Of a DNA stretch of 64,000 nt, positions 1 through 14,330 are shown in pieces (within the stretch, counting starts at the first letter, position 1; each line of letters begins with the position of its first letter). Both the position numbers and the translations under genes were made by a program. The notes beneath the pieces are model-generated. The model was not told the origin of the DNA. It ran no database searches and saw only the letters and a list, made by a program, of their open reading frames with translations. Source of the DNA: Lama glama (Eukaryota); NCBI GenBank assembly GCA_028534125.1, contig CM052817.1:101620001-101684000 (forward strand), in the 5' to 3' direction.

Positions 1-3000
1 AGAACTCTTCCTTAAAACCCCCTGAGTGTACTTTCCATTTCATTGTTCATTTGGAGAAAATCATTCTCAATAAACACATTCCCAAGTGCAGGGCTCAGTG
101 TTTGTTTTTCTTGTACATTCTTGGGGCCTAACTTTGCAGCTAAGAAAATTGTATAAATCTGTCTGTAGCACATGGGGAACATTCTTCTAGATTTATTGGC
201 AAAGGAGGTTGGAACCCACATTTGGGAGCCACAAACTAAATTTTAATCCCAGCACTGGCTGTTTATTTTCTTTTAAGCAGATCTTTTTCTTTTTTCTTTT
301 TCCCTTAGAAAAGGAATTCATGATTATTATGAAAGCATAAAGGAAGGAGGGAAAGATCTGTCCAAAATGGACTCCTTTTTGCATTCTTCCTGTGTTCTCT
401 TCCTTCTCTGAGCAGGTGTTTAAAAACTCAGGGTCCTTTTTATTGTCTCTGTGTAGTTTTGTTATAATGTCATACTCCTGAATTTTCTCATGTTAGAAAT
501 TCACGGGGAACTTTGTTTTTGGTGGTTACATAATGTTCCATCATTTAGCTGTGCCCATAATCCAGACCGCTCTCCTGCAGTTGGACTTTAAAGTCATTTT
601 GCAACTTTGACTTTTCATAAATAACACTATGATGAGCTGTTTTGTTGTTAAGTCTTGCCTGAATACCTGGTACATCCTTCCCCTGGACTTCCCGAAATAG
701 AATTAAAGAGGATCAGCTGGGAAGGCCCCTCGTGCGAGCTGCCAGCTTGCTTTCCAGAAAGGTGGAGCAGATTTCCCCTCACACGCGGTGTACGAGAAGG
801 ATCATTTTACTCTGGTCTCAGCAGCACGGTTATTTTTTTTGACAAAGTCTTGGTCAGTGTGATAGGTAAACAGTTGTCTTGCTTCACATCTCAATTTGCA
901 TCTCATACTAGGGGAAAGTAAGCATTTTCCTTCATTGTTTTGTAAAATGCTGAAAAACAGAAGCAACAAATCATGCATCCATGATCTCACCATGGACTCT
1001 TGAAGAATTTTTTTTTTTAAAGTAAGTTAAGCAGTAAATGTCCAACCGGGTGTCACTGGCCCCGCTCAGAGGCACACACCGTTAGGTATGCTGCCTCCCC
1101 AGCCCTGCCTCCTGTTTGCAGCACAGACACTCCATGTAAACACACTTTGTGGTTTTAAAGCCAAAATGGAAAGATGAGGCACTTGTCTATGATCTGTCTT
1201 TCCTAAAAACATACTTTATTATTAAATATTTTGAACAAACTCTTCATGTTTTGGGCCTTTTCTCTTTCTTTTGTGAATTTGCATTTCATGTCCTTTGCCC
1301 ACTTTTCTAGTGAATGTTAGTGTTTTTCCCTTGTGTTCTGTTAAGAACATGGGTGATGGTATTAACTCTACCAGATAGTAACAGCAGATCTTTTTCTTTG
1401 TTTGCCCTGTCCCTCTTTTTTTTTTATTTGCTTTGACTTGTATGCAGTGGCTTTAACAATACCTTTGTGCAGTCAGCCTGTGATTGCTCTTTGATTTCTT
1501 CCTTTGCTTTTATCAGTAAAGCTTCGTAAATCGTATTTCCCACCCTGTGGCCAGTTGAATTGTCCCTCCTGCAGGGAGATCAGAGAACTTAGTTCAGACA
1601 GTTCAACAGTGGTGGAGATAACAGCCCAGTCTTCTGTAAACTGCTTGCTGTGCGTCGGGTAATTTAATGCTCACAGCCGTCTTCTGAGGAAGAAACCGAG
1701 GCAGAGAGAGGCTGTCTCCTACCCGAGATTCCGCAGCACGTCAGCACCGAGGTTCAGACCAGGCGGTCTGGCCTCAGAGATGGTGTCTCAATTTCAAGTC
1801 TACGTGGACTCTTTCAGTTTCCTGGTTAGTCCCGCCTCCCCGCGTGGGACCCCTCCCTCCCAGGAAACAGAGAGTCCACTGTCCCTTCATCCTCCCTCCC
1901 GCGTCTTGACGAGTCTGTGGCTCTAGTTCTCCCAGTCTGCGTTCCCCTCTGTCCCACCACTGCCGGCCTGGTCTCCCCCAGCTGCCTCGGGCCGGGGTCC
2001 TCACTGCCTGAGCTCCCCGTCCCTCTCCATCACGCACGCACACGCAGCCAGCAGAAGGGCCACTCACTCGTTTTCTGTTCCGCCGCGTGTCTCCTGCCTC
2101 TTCGCTCCCCTGTCCACACCCACTTCCCGGCCCGTCTGATCTTTGCTGTGGACGCTGCTCCTCCAGCACACCCCGCATGCTCCTAAATTCACTCTCCGTA
2201 TATTCATAGAAGGTGGTGATGCCCCTGACCGCCGAGTCCCACCCGCGTGTGGTTCTGCAGTACCTGCCCTCTCGTGGGCACGCGATGGCCGTTCTGACCG
2301 CGTTAGGTGGAAAGGCAGCGTGGGGCAGAATGACTCCGGACTGGCTCACCCCCTGACTCCACGGAGAGGCTGGTCCTTTTTGTGTGTGCCCCTGGAGGGA
2401 CGGAGAGGCTCAATACTTACTGTACTGAAAAGCCTTTTCATCCCTTAAAAGAAGACAGGTTAGGGCAGGAGGGGGGAAACTGCCCTCCCCAAAGCTGGAA
2501 ATCCACAAGCAGCACTACAGGAATAAATGTGGTTTGTATTTACCGTTTAACATTGGGTCATGTCTGACCATACGTCTTTAGTGTGAGTATTTAGCATCAA
2601 ACTTAAACAATTAGCAGAAGGTCCTGGAGGATAGGGCTTTGTGTGTTTAACTTGTCATGTTTTCAAAATACCTTCAGAATCAGAAAAAAAGTTAATATAT
2701 ACTGGGGGGGGGGGAATAGAGGAGTCTAAAGAAGAAAGCAAAAAATACCATAATCGCACCACATGTAGAGTTACAGTTTCATTGTATGTCTAGTGTTGGC
2801 TGATTGTGGTGAGCATATTGCTTTAATAGATAAACAAGGCCTTCAGTACCCAGATGTATCATGTGCAGACCTCTAAAACCTTTCATTTCTCTTCTTCCAA
2901 GTCTGTTTTAAAGGGGCAGCGTGATGGAAGGAAGAGAAAGAGTTAAGTGTTAGAAGGCGTAAGATGTGAACTACTTTAAAATGTTAAAGGTCAGCGGAAC

Positions 3001-3705
3001 CCCCTCCCTTTGGGCCTGTTAGGAGACCATGCCTGACACTGAAAAGGGGAAAAAGCCCAAATTAAAAAAAAAAGGATGTCTATGTATATAATATATAGTA
3101 TATTATCTATACTGTATTAGTATCTCACGCTCAATTGCTTTTCAGAACCACATTAAAAAAACATCAAGCATATTCTTGCCTTATTTACTTAAAAAGCTTA
3201 AACTTGTTTGGAGCATTCTCTGGAGTTTTGGCCATTCTCTTAAAGTTCATCTATAAACACAAGCATAAATACATAAATTATTCCTAAGTTGAGTTTTTAC
3301 GTGATTTTTCTTCAGTAGTTAATTCATGCGAATTGCACATACCAAATAAACAGGTGAAGGATGGAGGATTTATTGCCACTGAGGCTAACAGCAAGCTGAC
3401 CATAAATTGCTAACAGATGTTTTGCCTTTTTAGCCCCTGAGGAATTTTATAGGCAACGGTTTTTTTTTTTTTCTTTTTTGCAGAGGTTGAAGGAGGTAGA
3501 GAAAAAAAGGAAATGAAAACAAACTGGAGACTGAGAAATGTATGTCTCAGTTTTCACCAGTGCTGGAATGTTCTGAATCCAGACTGTGTTGGTCTTCAAA
3601 AGTTATAAAGAAGAAAAAAAATCATGCAGAAGTTTTTTTTATAATGTGTATTTAGTAAGTTTAAGCCTTTACTAAAAGTTATCTTTTTTTTTTTTTTCTT
3701 TTTAG

Positions 3706-3830
3706 CAAGAAGATCCTTCTAGGAAGAAGAAGCTTCAGGAGAAGAAAGAAGGAAGTTTACAAAATTTAAATTGGAATAAAAATCGAACGTGTAGAAAAAA
3801 CAAGAAAAGGAGTGCTGCCCAGGTCTTGAG
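3706..3830 (+). CDS. TMEM131L: TMEM131L (KIAA0922) internal coding exon; earlier exons not identified in this window
   Basis: Long polypyrimidine tract + ag acceptor (3704-3705), gtatgt donor at 3831. Translates [41 protein letters not shown], matching the recalled human KIAA0922 segment [23 protein letters not shown]. Phase joins the next exon. Confidence 0.9.
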
Positions 3831-6328
3831 GTATGTCATGTTTGCAGTCCCTTTAAAATCTTCATCCATTACTTAACTCTGCAATTTTCCATTTAGCTCT
3901 TTATCTTTCAATCTTATTTTTGTGAAGTTGGGTACAGGTAATAGGAGAGTGTCGGTTTTGGATTTTGAGATAAAAATATGTTATGAAAATGAATATCCTT
4001 AAAATCAACATATCTTCTGGTTACATTTTTATTTATTTTGTTGAAAACCCCTTAACATGAACCTATTTTTAAAATTTTACTTAATGAAGTGCTAAAAGCT
4101 GTGGGTGCTTTTAGGGGAAAAGCATAGACACCCCTCCACACCAGGACCTTCCTTCTGCCTGTGACACGCAGGGGCGCTGGTGGGGCGGGTCACAGAGAGA
4201 CGCCCTAGGCGCAGGCAGCCCCGAGTCTGCACTTGATCCTGACCCCGCTGGGCTGCCTGGGGTACTGATAATGAAGGAGAATCCTCCTCATGCACAGAAC
4301 CTTCAGGCCCTTCAGTCCTGCAGAAGGTGGGTTCCCAGGGCGGTGGGCAGTGAGGTGCGGACACCCCGTGGTTTGCTGGAAGGGGCAGAGCCGGCCGTGA
4401 GCCCAGCCAGTTAGGCCCTCTCCTGGGGAACCCTTGCTTCCTTGAGACACTTAATCTCCCTGAGCTTTCAGTATCTTATCTGTGGTTATCCCATATTTCT
4501 GGGTTTCCAGAAATCTCTCTTTCCATTGAATTTTCGGTCAGTTCTGCAGCTTGAGGAATTTTTCCAGCAGGTCAGGAGTGTGTGCTTTCTGACTCCAGAT
4601 CCCCACCTGGTGGTGTTGTCTCAGAGTTTTGACTCCTTAGGTTAGGTTTCCAACGCCCTGCACACAGGCACGGGGAGCGCCTCCAGCAGCGGTGCCCTCC
4701 CTGGGCCTGGTTTTATGAAGGAGACTCAGGCCCAGCTCCCTGACCCGCCCTGAGTGGGCGGCGAGGCGTGTTTCCTCCCTTGACACCGCTCCGCGCCCAC
4801 CACTCTGGCTTTTCTTTTGAGTTCCAGCAACTGGGGATTTCTCTTTCCTATGAACCCAGCTCAGCACTTAACTGTGTTTCTGTCAGCTTGTCCTCTAGCA
4901 GGTCCAAACTGGTGTGGGGAGAGGGGTGCAGCTCGCTGCACTTCCTCTGGTTGGAAGGGAGCTCTGGCAGAGCCTCCGCCTGGTGGCAGGAGCCCCTGGT
5001 GGGGGCACATAAGATGCTCCTTACAGTGTCTGTCTCCAGGTCCCCACAGAAGTTGTGATCGGGAGCTCAGACCTTGGGATTCAGCCTTGAAATGCGCCCC
5101 CTGGCACGTCCTGCTCTGGGGAGGTGACCCCAGGGGGGTCAGCAAAATGCAAATAGAGAAAAAAGAAAGATACCCACGGTCAGATGATTATTAACCCTGA
5201 ATACTGATCACTGACTGGTAGTTATTCTCATTTAGGCTGAATTATTTGAAAGCTGCAATGTGGTCTCCGGTAGAAAGGAAAAATCACCCCTTGTATTCCT
5301 TTACATGTATTTTCGTAAAAATTTGAAGGACTTAAGTGGAATCGAGAGAGAGAAAACTAGAGTGGAATTTCGCCAGTGAAATGTTCTGATGTGTTTTTAA
5401 AAGCAGATTTCTGACATGCTAAAGAAACAAATTAAGTAGTTAAAGAGTAATTCCCAGGTAGCTTGTAGCTCATCAAAATGTTTTGAGAACACGATGCTTA
5501 AGGAGGTGACTGTCACTGGCTTGTCTGTTTCCTTGGCTTGTGCTTCTGTCTGTATGCCATTTAGCCCGAGCGGTCAGAAACGAGTGAGACCGTGGCTCCA
5601 ACTCACACATCTAGTCTTGCCTGCCACCCTCCAAACCTGCCGTGAGTTGCTGAAGTTGGACCGTGTGCAGTAATCATCTAAGCATTCCTGTAGCATTCTC
5701 TACGTGTTTCTGTGTCTCCTATAACTGCGTTATAGGTCTTTCCTCAAGTTCACGGTCTAGCCAGAGAGAGATTAGTATTGGACTATGAACTCCTGGGAGA
5801 GGAACTTCATTCTTTGCAGACACTGCACTGCTTTTCCTAACAATATGTGGCTCATGGTCATCACTCAGCAAATGTTTGCTTAAGTGGATGAATGAGGAAA
5901 GATTTAAGTTAACACTCAGGACCTTCCCCTGGACCCCACAGGCATGTTCATCTGCTGAGAATCGTATTTTACACTAGAACCAAGGAAGACATGCCAAGCG
6001 TTGTGGGCTCTGTCTCTGCACCTGCCACCTGCCAGTGGACCTTGGGTGACTCCCTTAATCTGCGGAGTTTTATTCCTCTTGCTGAAAAATATGAAGAGAT
6101 TAAATGAGCACCAACTTAATTCTGATTCTGAAATGGTAAACTCTTGTCCTTAGTAATAACATCTTCCCCTTCCTCATCATCTTCTCCCCGCAGACCCGAA
6201 GAGAAGGGGTCTCCAGTTGTCCCAGATTCGTATTCTCCCCTCGGATAAGTCTTGAGGAAATCAAGTAGGTATGTTTGCAGGATAACACGTGATGTGATTT
6301 TTTTTTTTTTTTTTGGTGGCTCTTCCAG

Positions 6329-6495
6329 GCCTTCTGAACAGAGTGAATTAAAGCTTGCGTGCAGTGAATTTGAAAGGTCAGAGCTGAGTGGCGACCTGGA
6401 TGTAAGAAGCTGGTGCATCCAGGAAAACCCCGGGGAAACGTGTAAAACAGATGCTGGCCTGGGCTGCAGCTTACCTGCCGCGCAGGGAGAGGCAG
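6329..6495 (+). CDS. TMEM131L: TMEM131L coding exon
   Basis: tcttccag acceptor, gtatgg donor. Translates (R)[55 protein letters not shown]; phases 2/1 fit both neighbours. Confidence 0.92.
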
Positions 6496-7370
6496 GTATG
6501 GAGCCTTGCTGAGCTGCCCACGTGCTGCTGTCGGGGTTGCTGCTTCTCCGGGGGAGTGTCCAGTGTGTCTTGATGAGATTGTCACCTCCCAGGCAGCGTA
6601 GCTCACTGGAGCCCGAGTAGGATGCTGTCAGGAGGAGACCAGGCGCTGGGATTCTTCTGAGATTCTTTCCCTAGTGTTGTTGCCCCTTCCGACCTCCCCC
6701 TCCTCTGACACGTAGCCATTCTCATCTCAGTGCGTGCAGATTGCTGAAGGGACGGTGGGTGCTTGCTCTGGACTGACTTCCTCGGGGAAGGAGGGGAGTG
6801 GGGAAAAGGCAGGTGAGAACAGCGGCTGTTCTCATGCACACGCACCAGGCAGTTCCTGCAGAGCCAGGCTGCTGCCCCGTGAGGGCTGATGGGTTGGGTC
6901 CCGGGGTGGGCGGTAGAGGGCACCCAGCACTGGGTGCAGGGTAGGGCAGTGCACATTGGGTGCCGGGCGGGGGAGTTGGGGTGCTCCCGCCGACACCCAC
7001 GTTCCCAGACATGTGCCCACGTCAGTGCACCCGAGACAGTATGCAGAGGTAGCGGGCTTCTCGTTCAGCCCCTTGACACGTGTGTGTTGCCTCTGGATCT
7101 TACTAGAGGTTCTTCCCACCCACTCTGGAACTCTTGGTGGACATTTTAATAAAGAAATTACCTATAAATCTCCAGTCCAGTAGAATAGCTTTGATTTTCT
7201 TGAGAGAAATGCTTGTTATTTCCAGAACCATTTTGGGGTCAAGATTATTATTGGAATTGATGGTCTGAGCCCCAGACAGCATTAATTGTCCGTCTGACAG
7301 CAGAGCACGTAGCACAGCACAGCCCCCCCCCCCAGCGGTTTCTTAACGTCCCATCATTAGTTTCAGTTAA

Positions 7371-7684
7371 TTTTTTTTTTAATTGAAGTGTAGTCAGTTT
7401 ACAGCGTTGTGTCAATTTCTGGTGTACAGCATCATGTTTCAGTCATACATATACATACATATATTCGTTTTCCTATTCTTTTTCATTATAGGTTACTACA
7501 AAATGTTGAATGTAGTTCCCTGTGCTATACACTATAAACTTGCTGTTTATCTACTTTATGTGTAGAAGTTAGTAACTGCACATCTCAAACTCCCAGTTTA
7601 TCCCTTCCCATCCCCTTCCCACCCTGGTAACCACCAGTTTGTTTTCTGTGTCTGAGTCTGTTTCTGTTTGGTAAATAAGTTAAC
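7371..7684 (-). mobile_element. LINE-1 3' end fragment (young, artiodactyl/camelid type)
   Basis: Poly-T followed by aattgaagtgtagtcagtttac...tccctgtgctatac..., the reverse complement of an L1 3' UTR; similar to copies at 49370, 55910 and 63810. Confidence 0.8.
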
Positions 7685-7826
7685 TTTTCTTCTCTCTGGA
7701 TGAGCAGAGGTAGCGAATCTGAAGTTGAACCTTGCCGTCTTCATAGTTTGGCCTCCCTCCTTTGATGAGAGTTGGCCTCGCGCTGAACGTTGTGTAGGTG
7801 AACGTGGCCTCTCTTCCTCCCTGCAG

Positions 7827-8012
7827 AGGGTTACTACCAGGATTCCGGGAAGAAGTGCGGGGAGAAGTCCTGCTCAGACTCCAGCTCGGACTGCGGCAGC
7901 TCCTCGGGGAGCGTACGTGCCAGCCGGGGCAGCTGGGGCAGCTGGAGCAGCACCAGCAGCTCCGACGGGGACAAGAAGCTCACGGCGGGCCCCCAGCACT
8001 TCCAGCCGGCCG
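7827..8012 (+). CDS. TMEM131L: TMEM131L coding exon (Ser-rich [10 protein letters not shown] motif)
   Basis: ccctgcag acceptor, gtgagt donor. Translates (E)[61 protein letters not shown], a motif characteristic of TMEM131/TMEM131L. Confidence 0.95.
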
Positions 8013-8229
8013 GTGAGTCCGGGGCTGAGTCGTGGCCCCGGGACGGGGGCCAGGGCTGCCTCCCCGGCCCAGAGCACAGATGCCTGTGCCTTTGAGTGTT
8101 TGCTGTGCTTCGAATTTTATCCACTTTCTTTTTCTTCCGTCTTTCCTCCATCTGTTATTATTAGTATTATTATTATTTAAGTCTCCATCTTGGAAACAGT
8201 TGGAAGAATTCCCACGTTTTCACTTGTAC

Positions 8230-8690
8230 ATTTTTATTGTGATATACACAACACAGAATTTACCATTTTAACTGTTTCTGAGTGTACAGTTCAGTGGCAT
8301 TGAGTACATTCGTATGGTTCTGCAACCTCCACCACTGTCCATCTTCAGACCTTTTCCATCTTTTCAAACAGAAACTCGGTACCTAGTTAACCCCAGCTCT
8401 CCCCTCCCCGCCCCTGCAGCCCTGTGACCTCTGCTCCACTTGCTGTCTGTGAATTTGGCCACTCTGGTAGCTGGTCAGGGAAGTCACACAGATTTGTCCT
8501 TCGGTGACTGGCTTTTTCATTTAGCATGATGTCTTCAGGGTTCACCCATGTTCTGACATGGCAAGGTTTCCTTCCTTTTTAAGGCTGAATACTATTCCAT
8601 CATGGGTATATACCGCATTTTGTCTGTCCATTCTTCTGTTAACGGACACTACCTTTTGGGTATCATGAATAACATTGCTGTAAACAGTGG
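8230..8690 (-). mobile_element. Older LINE-1 (L1M-type) 3' fragment
   Basis: Typical L1M motifs: tttaccattttaac...gtacagttcagtggcattgagtacattc...aaggctgaatactattccat. Confidence 0.7.
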
Positions 8691-10040
8691 TCCCCACTTT
8701 GAGAAATTTGAAGATGCAGGAAAGGTGGAAGCAGCATCTGTATTTCTGTGACCCAGAACTAATCCCTCTTAATTTTGTCAGATTTTTCCTAATTTTGTTT
8801 TTAAAGAATAATACTTTATAGCCTGTTCCATTTCCCCCTCCTTGAGAGACTCACCGTCCAATGTCATGGACTTGGTGTGTATTCTTTTAGTCCATATTTT
8901 ATTTTACATTCACACAGCCATCAACAAAATAGAGAGTTGTTTTAATTTACACAAAGGAGATCGTACTTCAGGGTCGCACACTGTGGCTTGCTTTTCCCTT
9001 GGCATCATTTGTTACAGCTCAGTGTCTATGTAAGGATTTAATTCACCCCTTTTCACTGTTACAGTCGACACAGAACGTGGTTAAGCATTGTATCAGGGCA
9101 GGGATTCCCGCTGGTGTCACTGTGGATCTGTGGGGCGCTCGCTCTGTGGGGTGCAGAGGACCCGGGCTCAGGACCCCACGTCTCCCTCAGAGCCCAGCCC
9201 ACTTCCCCCACCTCCCACTCCATACAGCAGGCTCTCGGCTGGCCTCTGTTCTCCCTCCTGCCAGCAGTGGTACCTGTAAAGAAGGTCTCATCTGACAGTC
9301 CAGGGTCCTGGTACCATAGTAGCCTAGACAAACGCCCACTTGTGAGTTGAGTCTGTTTCTCAGCCTTTTTCTCATCGTTGGCCCCTCCAACAGGTTCCTT
9401 CGTGGACACCGTTTGCCTAACAACCCACCTAAAATTTCAGTGCCACCGACATACACTGTGTATCTGTTTATTACTGTGTGCTGTGTCTCATACATAAATG
9501 ATAAGCTATTATTCCCAGCTCCAGGAACCAAACCAGCCCTGCCCCATCTGTGGGGACAGTACCACCCGCGTGGAGGATGCGCGGACTTGGATATAGGCCC
9601 GGCTTGTGGCGTTTTACTTGGGGGCAGGGATGGTTTTCTTGGTCACTGAAGACAGCCTGCCTGATAGAAGTGCAGCTTGGGGCATAAGGCCAGCGACAGG
9701 AGAATGAGAAATGTGTTGCTGTGACACGGTGGCATGTGATGCAGTCTGGGGGTGTCTGGAGATTGTGTAATAAGTACCAGGAAAATGTCCCCATTATAAT
9801 TTACGGTGTGAAAGACCAAAAAGGCAAAGTGTTTCTGAAGTATGAGCCCACACATTTTATGCATATACATACATAAAAAAAATTTTAATTAAAAAAATTA
9901 AATTACTTGATGTGTAAATGTCAGTTTAAAGTGAAAAATCACTCGTCAGCGGTTAATGATATTAGCAGTCTGCATCTTAATATATATACAGTTGAATTAT
10001 GCTTGTAAAAACTTGTGATCCTCTCTTTGTTTTTATGCAG

Positions 10041-10119
10041 GAGACAGTGTTTTGCAAAGTGACTTTCCCCCCGAAACCCCCATCATCTTGAATCTTTCTC
10101 ATAACATCTGCAACCCCAC
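10041..10119 (+). CDS. TMEM131L: TMEM131L coding exon
   Basis: ttttatgcag acceptor, gtaagt donor. Translates (G)[25 protein letters not shown]. Confidence 0.92.
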
Positions 10120-10995
10120 GTAAGTGTTTCATTTTCCAGCTTCTGCAGTGTGTTTTAGGTACTGCTTTTCCTGTCATTCAGTGTCTTTTTTCTTTGCACT
10201 TGGTTCTGCAGGCGAAAATATAAACAGCTTTTTAAGGATGTGAGAAAGTAAAGTCTGATTTTATTAACACTTCAGAGCATGTGGTCCCTCCACGTGAACA
10301 CGGTCCCGTGGGAGCGTTGGGTATCGCTGGTCCTTTCAGTGATAAGGCCACGCTAGAGAACATCTCATTCCTGAAAGTAGGAAGAACACGAGTTAGGGAT
10401 GGGAACCATCTACTCTTTGCTAGGACTCGAAATAAAACTGAGCACTGATGATTCAGAGAAGTTTGCAGGAACCTAGTTGACCCGCATTTGTAATTTCGCC
10501 ATGTGCTGATTTCTGCAGCATTGGGCAAGATAAACAAGCCCCATTTACTGAGAGAGAGAAGGGGAGGGGACGTAAGAAGGAGAGGGCTTCAGAGTGAGAA
10601 GTGGAAGGAAGTGTTAGGCGCCTTGAGGGGACAGGAGGGTGTCATTCAGTGGAACTGGACAAGGGAGGCTCTGTGCGAACTGTTTCTGTCTGGGGTAGAG
10701 AGTAATTCAGGGCAAGAACTGCTTCCCGCTGGTGGGAGGCGGATTGGAAACTGCAGATCGATGCCCGAAGTTGCCTTGGTTAAACCGTGGTGTTGTTTAT
10801 TAAAACAAGACTTGGCTGGACCTGGGAAAGTTAACATCCCCAGCCCTTTTCTGGGTGTGCAACGTTGTGTCTCCAGTATCCGTGTGTGTTTTAGGGGAGG
10901 CTTTCATGTAAAAACTCAGTCAGAGTGGGTCGTACAAAGTCAGTATTGCCTTGTTCAGAAAGCCAGTACTTCCCCTCTTCGTGCTCTCCCCGCAG

Positions 10996-11078
10996 ACATG
11001 CGACTGACCTCCCCCGGTTCTCGAATGCTCCCTGTCCCAGCCTTCCTGCTGGACCTGCGGGTGTTGAGGAAGACAAAG
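10996..11078 (+). CDS. TMEM131L: TMEM131L coding exon
   Basis: ctctccccgcag acceptor, gtgagg donor. Translates (T)HATDLPRFSNAPCPSLPAGPAGVEEDK. Confidence 0.9.
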
Positions 11079-12224
11079 GTGAGGCCTGTTCCTCTTGCTC
11101 GGGATGCCGGCCAGGGGTCCCCGTTGCCCTGCTGGCCGGGGAGCTGGGGGGTGGATGAGGCAGGCTGGGGACCAGGGCCCAGGACCCCGTGGCTCTGGGT
11201 TTTCGTGCCTCGGGAAGGCACCTGTCCTCTGCACGGGCATCCTCGGGGCCTCTGACTTCAGCTGCCCTTCTGCGCTGGCCCTCAGCCCCCTCCTGGTAAA
11301 CGAGGCACAGATGGCCTGTGGCCCCCAGGCAGCAGTGCGCCCCTAAATACCACTGCCTTTAGTTCCCCATTCCCGTCCAAGATGGCAGAAATAGAGGGTG
11401 GTGGCAGGCCGGCTGGAGAGCCGACCGAGGGCGAGGGTCTGGCACCTGTATCAGCCGACCTCCACTTCCCCTGCGTCTTCACCCTCCTCCCCTGCTGCAG
11501 AAGCCTGTTGGCCGGCCTCAGTGACCAGCCTCGCTCCTGCCCCAGAGCCCACTGAGCTCTTAGCTTCTGCCGGCCCCTGCCAGGCGGGGTCTGCGGCCCC
11601 GGAGCGCAGAGTGCGGACCCGGCGGGAGGGAAGCCTGCTTCCTCCTGGGTCTGTCCCGGAGGTTACCTCCAGGCCTTCTTCTCCCTTTCCCCTCCCCTTT
11701 ACCTCTCTTGCCTTGGTTGGTCTCGTGGCTCCTGTTTTCTTCTTGTGCCGCCTTCCTCCCTAACCCGGTCAGGGCTCTGCAGGGTGAGCCTGGTGCGTTT
11801 CACCCTCCGGGCGCTCCCGGCTCTGATGCGCACGTTTGCTCATGTAAATCGTGCGGGAGCTAAACGCTGCTCTGCACAGTGGAGCTGTTCTACTATGAAG
11901 GCATGAGGCTTCTGTGCTGTCCTCTGGTCACATTTTGGACTGGCTGTCAAATTATCAACAAAAATAAATGAACTATGAGGTCGATCTAATTACTAGTCCA
12001 ATAAAATTAGTTTTCAATTAAAAGAACCTCTTAAATTCAGTAGTTTTTTGAGGTGATATTTGGAGATGTTTAAATGGTACCACCTTTTTTCTTGGAGATA
12101 ATAGAGGATATAGTTGATGGTGGGGAAGGAGAAAACCTGTGTCAAACAGACATGTCTCAACGTGTTGTCCTGTGTTTTGTCATCAGTTGGAGAATTATAT
12201 GTCATCTAGTGCCTTAATCCATGG

Positions 12225-12245
12225 TGTGTGTGTGTGTGTGTGTGT
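12225..12245. repeat. (TG)n microsatellite
   Basis: About 10 TG units. Confidence 0.9.
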
Positions 12246-13837
12246 ATTTCAGGTGTCTTTTACCTTGTCTTCACTAATAATCTGTTTCTTTTTGACGATG
12301 GGTTACAATCCCTGGTTAGACCATAAAGTCACTAAAGAAATAGAGCTTGTCCACAGTTCCTGTCTGCAGAGTCCCGGTCCTGTCCCTGTCTCCCTGCCCA
12401 TCACCTCCCTCGTGTGTGCAGCCTCAGTTCTCTGATCCGTTGTTACATCACTTCCCCACCTCCCCTCCCGTGATCGCACCCCCTATGCAAAGCCGCAGTC
12501 GTGGTTCTGCCCGGTTCTCCAGCTTCTCTGCCTGTTTCTGTGCTGATGAGCGAGACTGGAACACAGCTGCTTGTCAACACGTGATCCTTCCCGGGCAGCG
12601 GCTGCATCTCCCTGGGCTCCTCACCCCCGACCCTCCTCCAGCATCTCTGCCTGGTTCTCCTAGTCGATCTTGCGTCCTGTTTCGCTGGGGAAGAGAGAAG
12701 CAGTTAGAGATCTTCCCCTGCCCCGTCTGCGACCTGTCACCCTTGCTTCTTTCATGTTGCGACCTGTGGGGTGGCAGTGCAGCCCTCCTCGCCAAGGGTT
12801 CTTGCCAGCATCGGGTTTTCTCTAAAGAGTCGTTCCCAGCAGTGTGCAAATATCCTGTAATTCTCCAGTCTTTGAAAAACCGACAGCAGCCAGAACCTTC
12901 TCCCTTGGCCCTGTTGTCTCGTGGCTCCTGACCTCTTTGTTTAGGGGAACAGCTTGCTGATTCAGACCCCTTTCTCTGGTTCTCCCCCAAACCCTGTGGA
13001 CTGGCTGTGCTGTGACGCCCTGAGGCAGTGTCTGCAGGGCACTAGTGACTTCCTTGTCTGCAAATCCCACACTCCATCCTTTGTCTTCAAGTCGACCTCC
13101 TGTGGACCCAAGACATTCTGCTCTGGCTGTGCCCTCCGGGGTCCCTGTACGGTTCCTCCTCCCCTCCCCCATGCTGGACGCTGTCCCAGGAGGCCAGGCC
13201 CATGCTCCCCTGCTGGTTGTGTCCCCCTCACAGCTTCTCCCCCTCCCCCAACAACTCCCACCTCTGTACCTTCAGTCTGGCCTCATACAGCCACTTGCCA
13301 CGTGCCCTCTGTCCTTGGGGGACGCACAGATGTCCCAGAGTGACTGTCACCTCCTCCCTCAGTCCTGTTCCTCACCGGCTCCCCACTTGGTCTGTCTTGT
13401 TGCTCAGGCCAGTAATCTAGGTGCCAGCCTCGCCTTTTTCCTTGTCCCCCACTCACAGTCTGTTGTCTTACTCTCAAAGCCGTCTGCCTTCCAGATGCAT
13501 CCAGCGTCTGTTCACTCCTCCCACCTCCACCGTGACTGCTCTGGTCCAGGCCACTGTCATTCCTCACTTAGGTGGTCACCGTGACCACTGGACAGGCCTC
13601 TCTGCTTCCGCTCTCTCTTCACTACTGTCTCATTGTTTTCTCTTCTTTTTTTTTTTTTTTGAGGTGTAATTGATACGTAACATTATATGAGTTTCAGGTG
13701 CATGGCATAATGATTGCACATCTGCATATGTTGCAGAACAGCACAGCAAGTCTGGTTAACATCCGTCACCACCTTGCCGTCTGTTTTTAACAGCAACCAG
13801 AGGGGTCGTGTTAAACCTAAGTCAGATCACGTCACTG

Positions 13838-14330
13838 TTGAGGACTGGGAGGGGTCTGAGGCGTTCTCCCTAACCACAAGCCAACCAGCTAGTCTGCCAC
13901 AACTCTGCAGATGCTGGCAGAAGACAGGGAACTCCTGGGTCAGAGGCAAAGGACGTTTAGCACCGCAGGCAGCCCGGCACACTTCCTTCAGGCCCCCTTG
14001 CTGCCGGTCTCTTGGGGGCCGCCTGCACATGCAGTGGTCAGTGGTTGCATGACAGGAAAGGAGCCCTGAGCTAATGGAGCCCAGGTGTTTTTTATAAGAG
14101 GCAGGAGATGTTACCTTTATCGTGTTGGACAAAACAAACTTGCCCCCTGCTCTAAAGGGAGACCCTGTCTCTATCTTCTGAGGCTTTGTTTAGCAAATAC
14201 CCTTGAAAGGGTAGGTCAGAATGTGGACAGCCAGAGCATCTGCTCTCAGGAAGTACAGAAAGGTGAGACCCACAGAGGACTGTCTCCTGGCAGCACACAT
14301 GCCCCTTGTTTCTGTGTGGTCTTGGCTTCT
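13838..14330. mobile_element. Old LTR element (probably ERVL class), related to the copy at ~34030
   Basis: Shares agatgct(g/a)gc(a/g)gaa...gggtcagag(g/a)caaaggac with 34030-34370; family not assigned. Confidence 0.5.

Noticed and set aside
10503..11255. 250-aa ORF in TMEM131L intron/exon
   Set aside because: Non-ATG start, no recognisable domain, overlaps a real exon in another frame.
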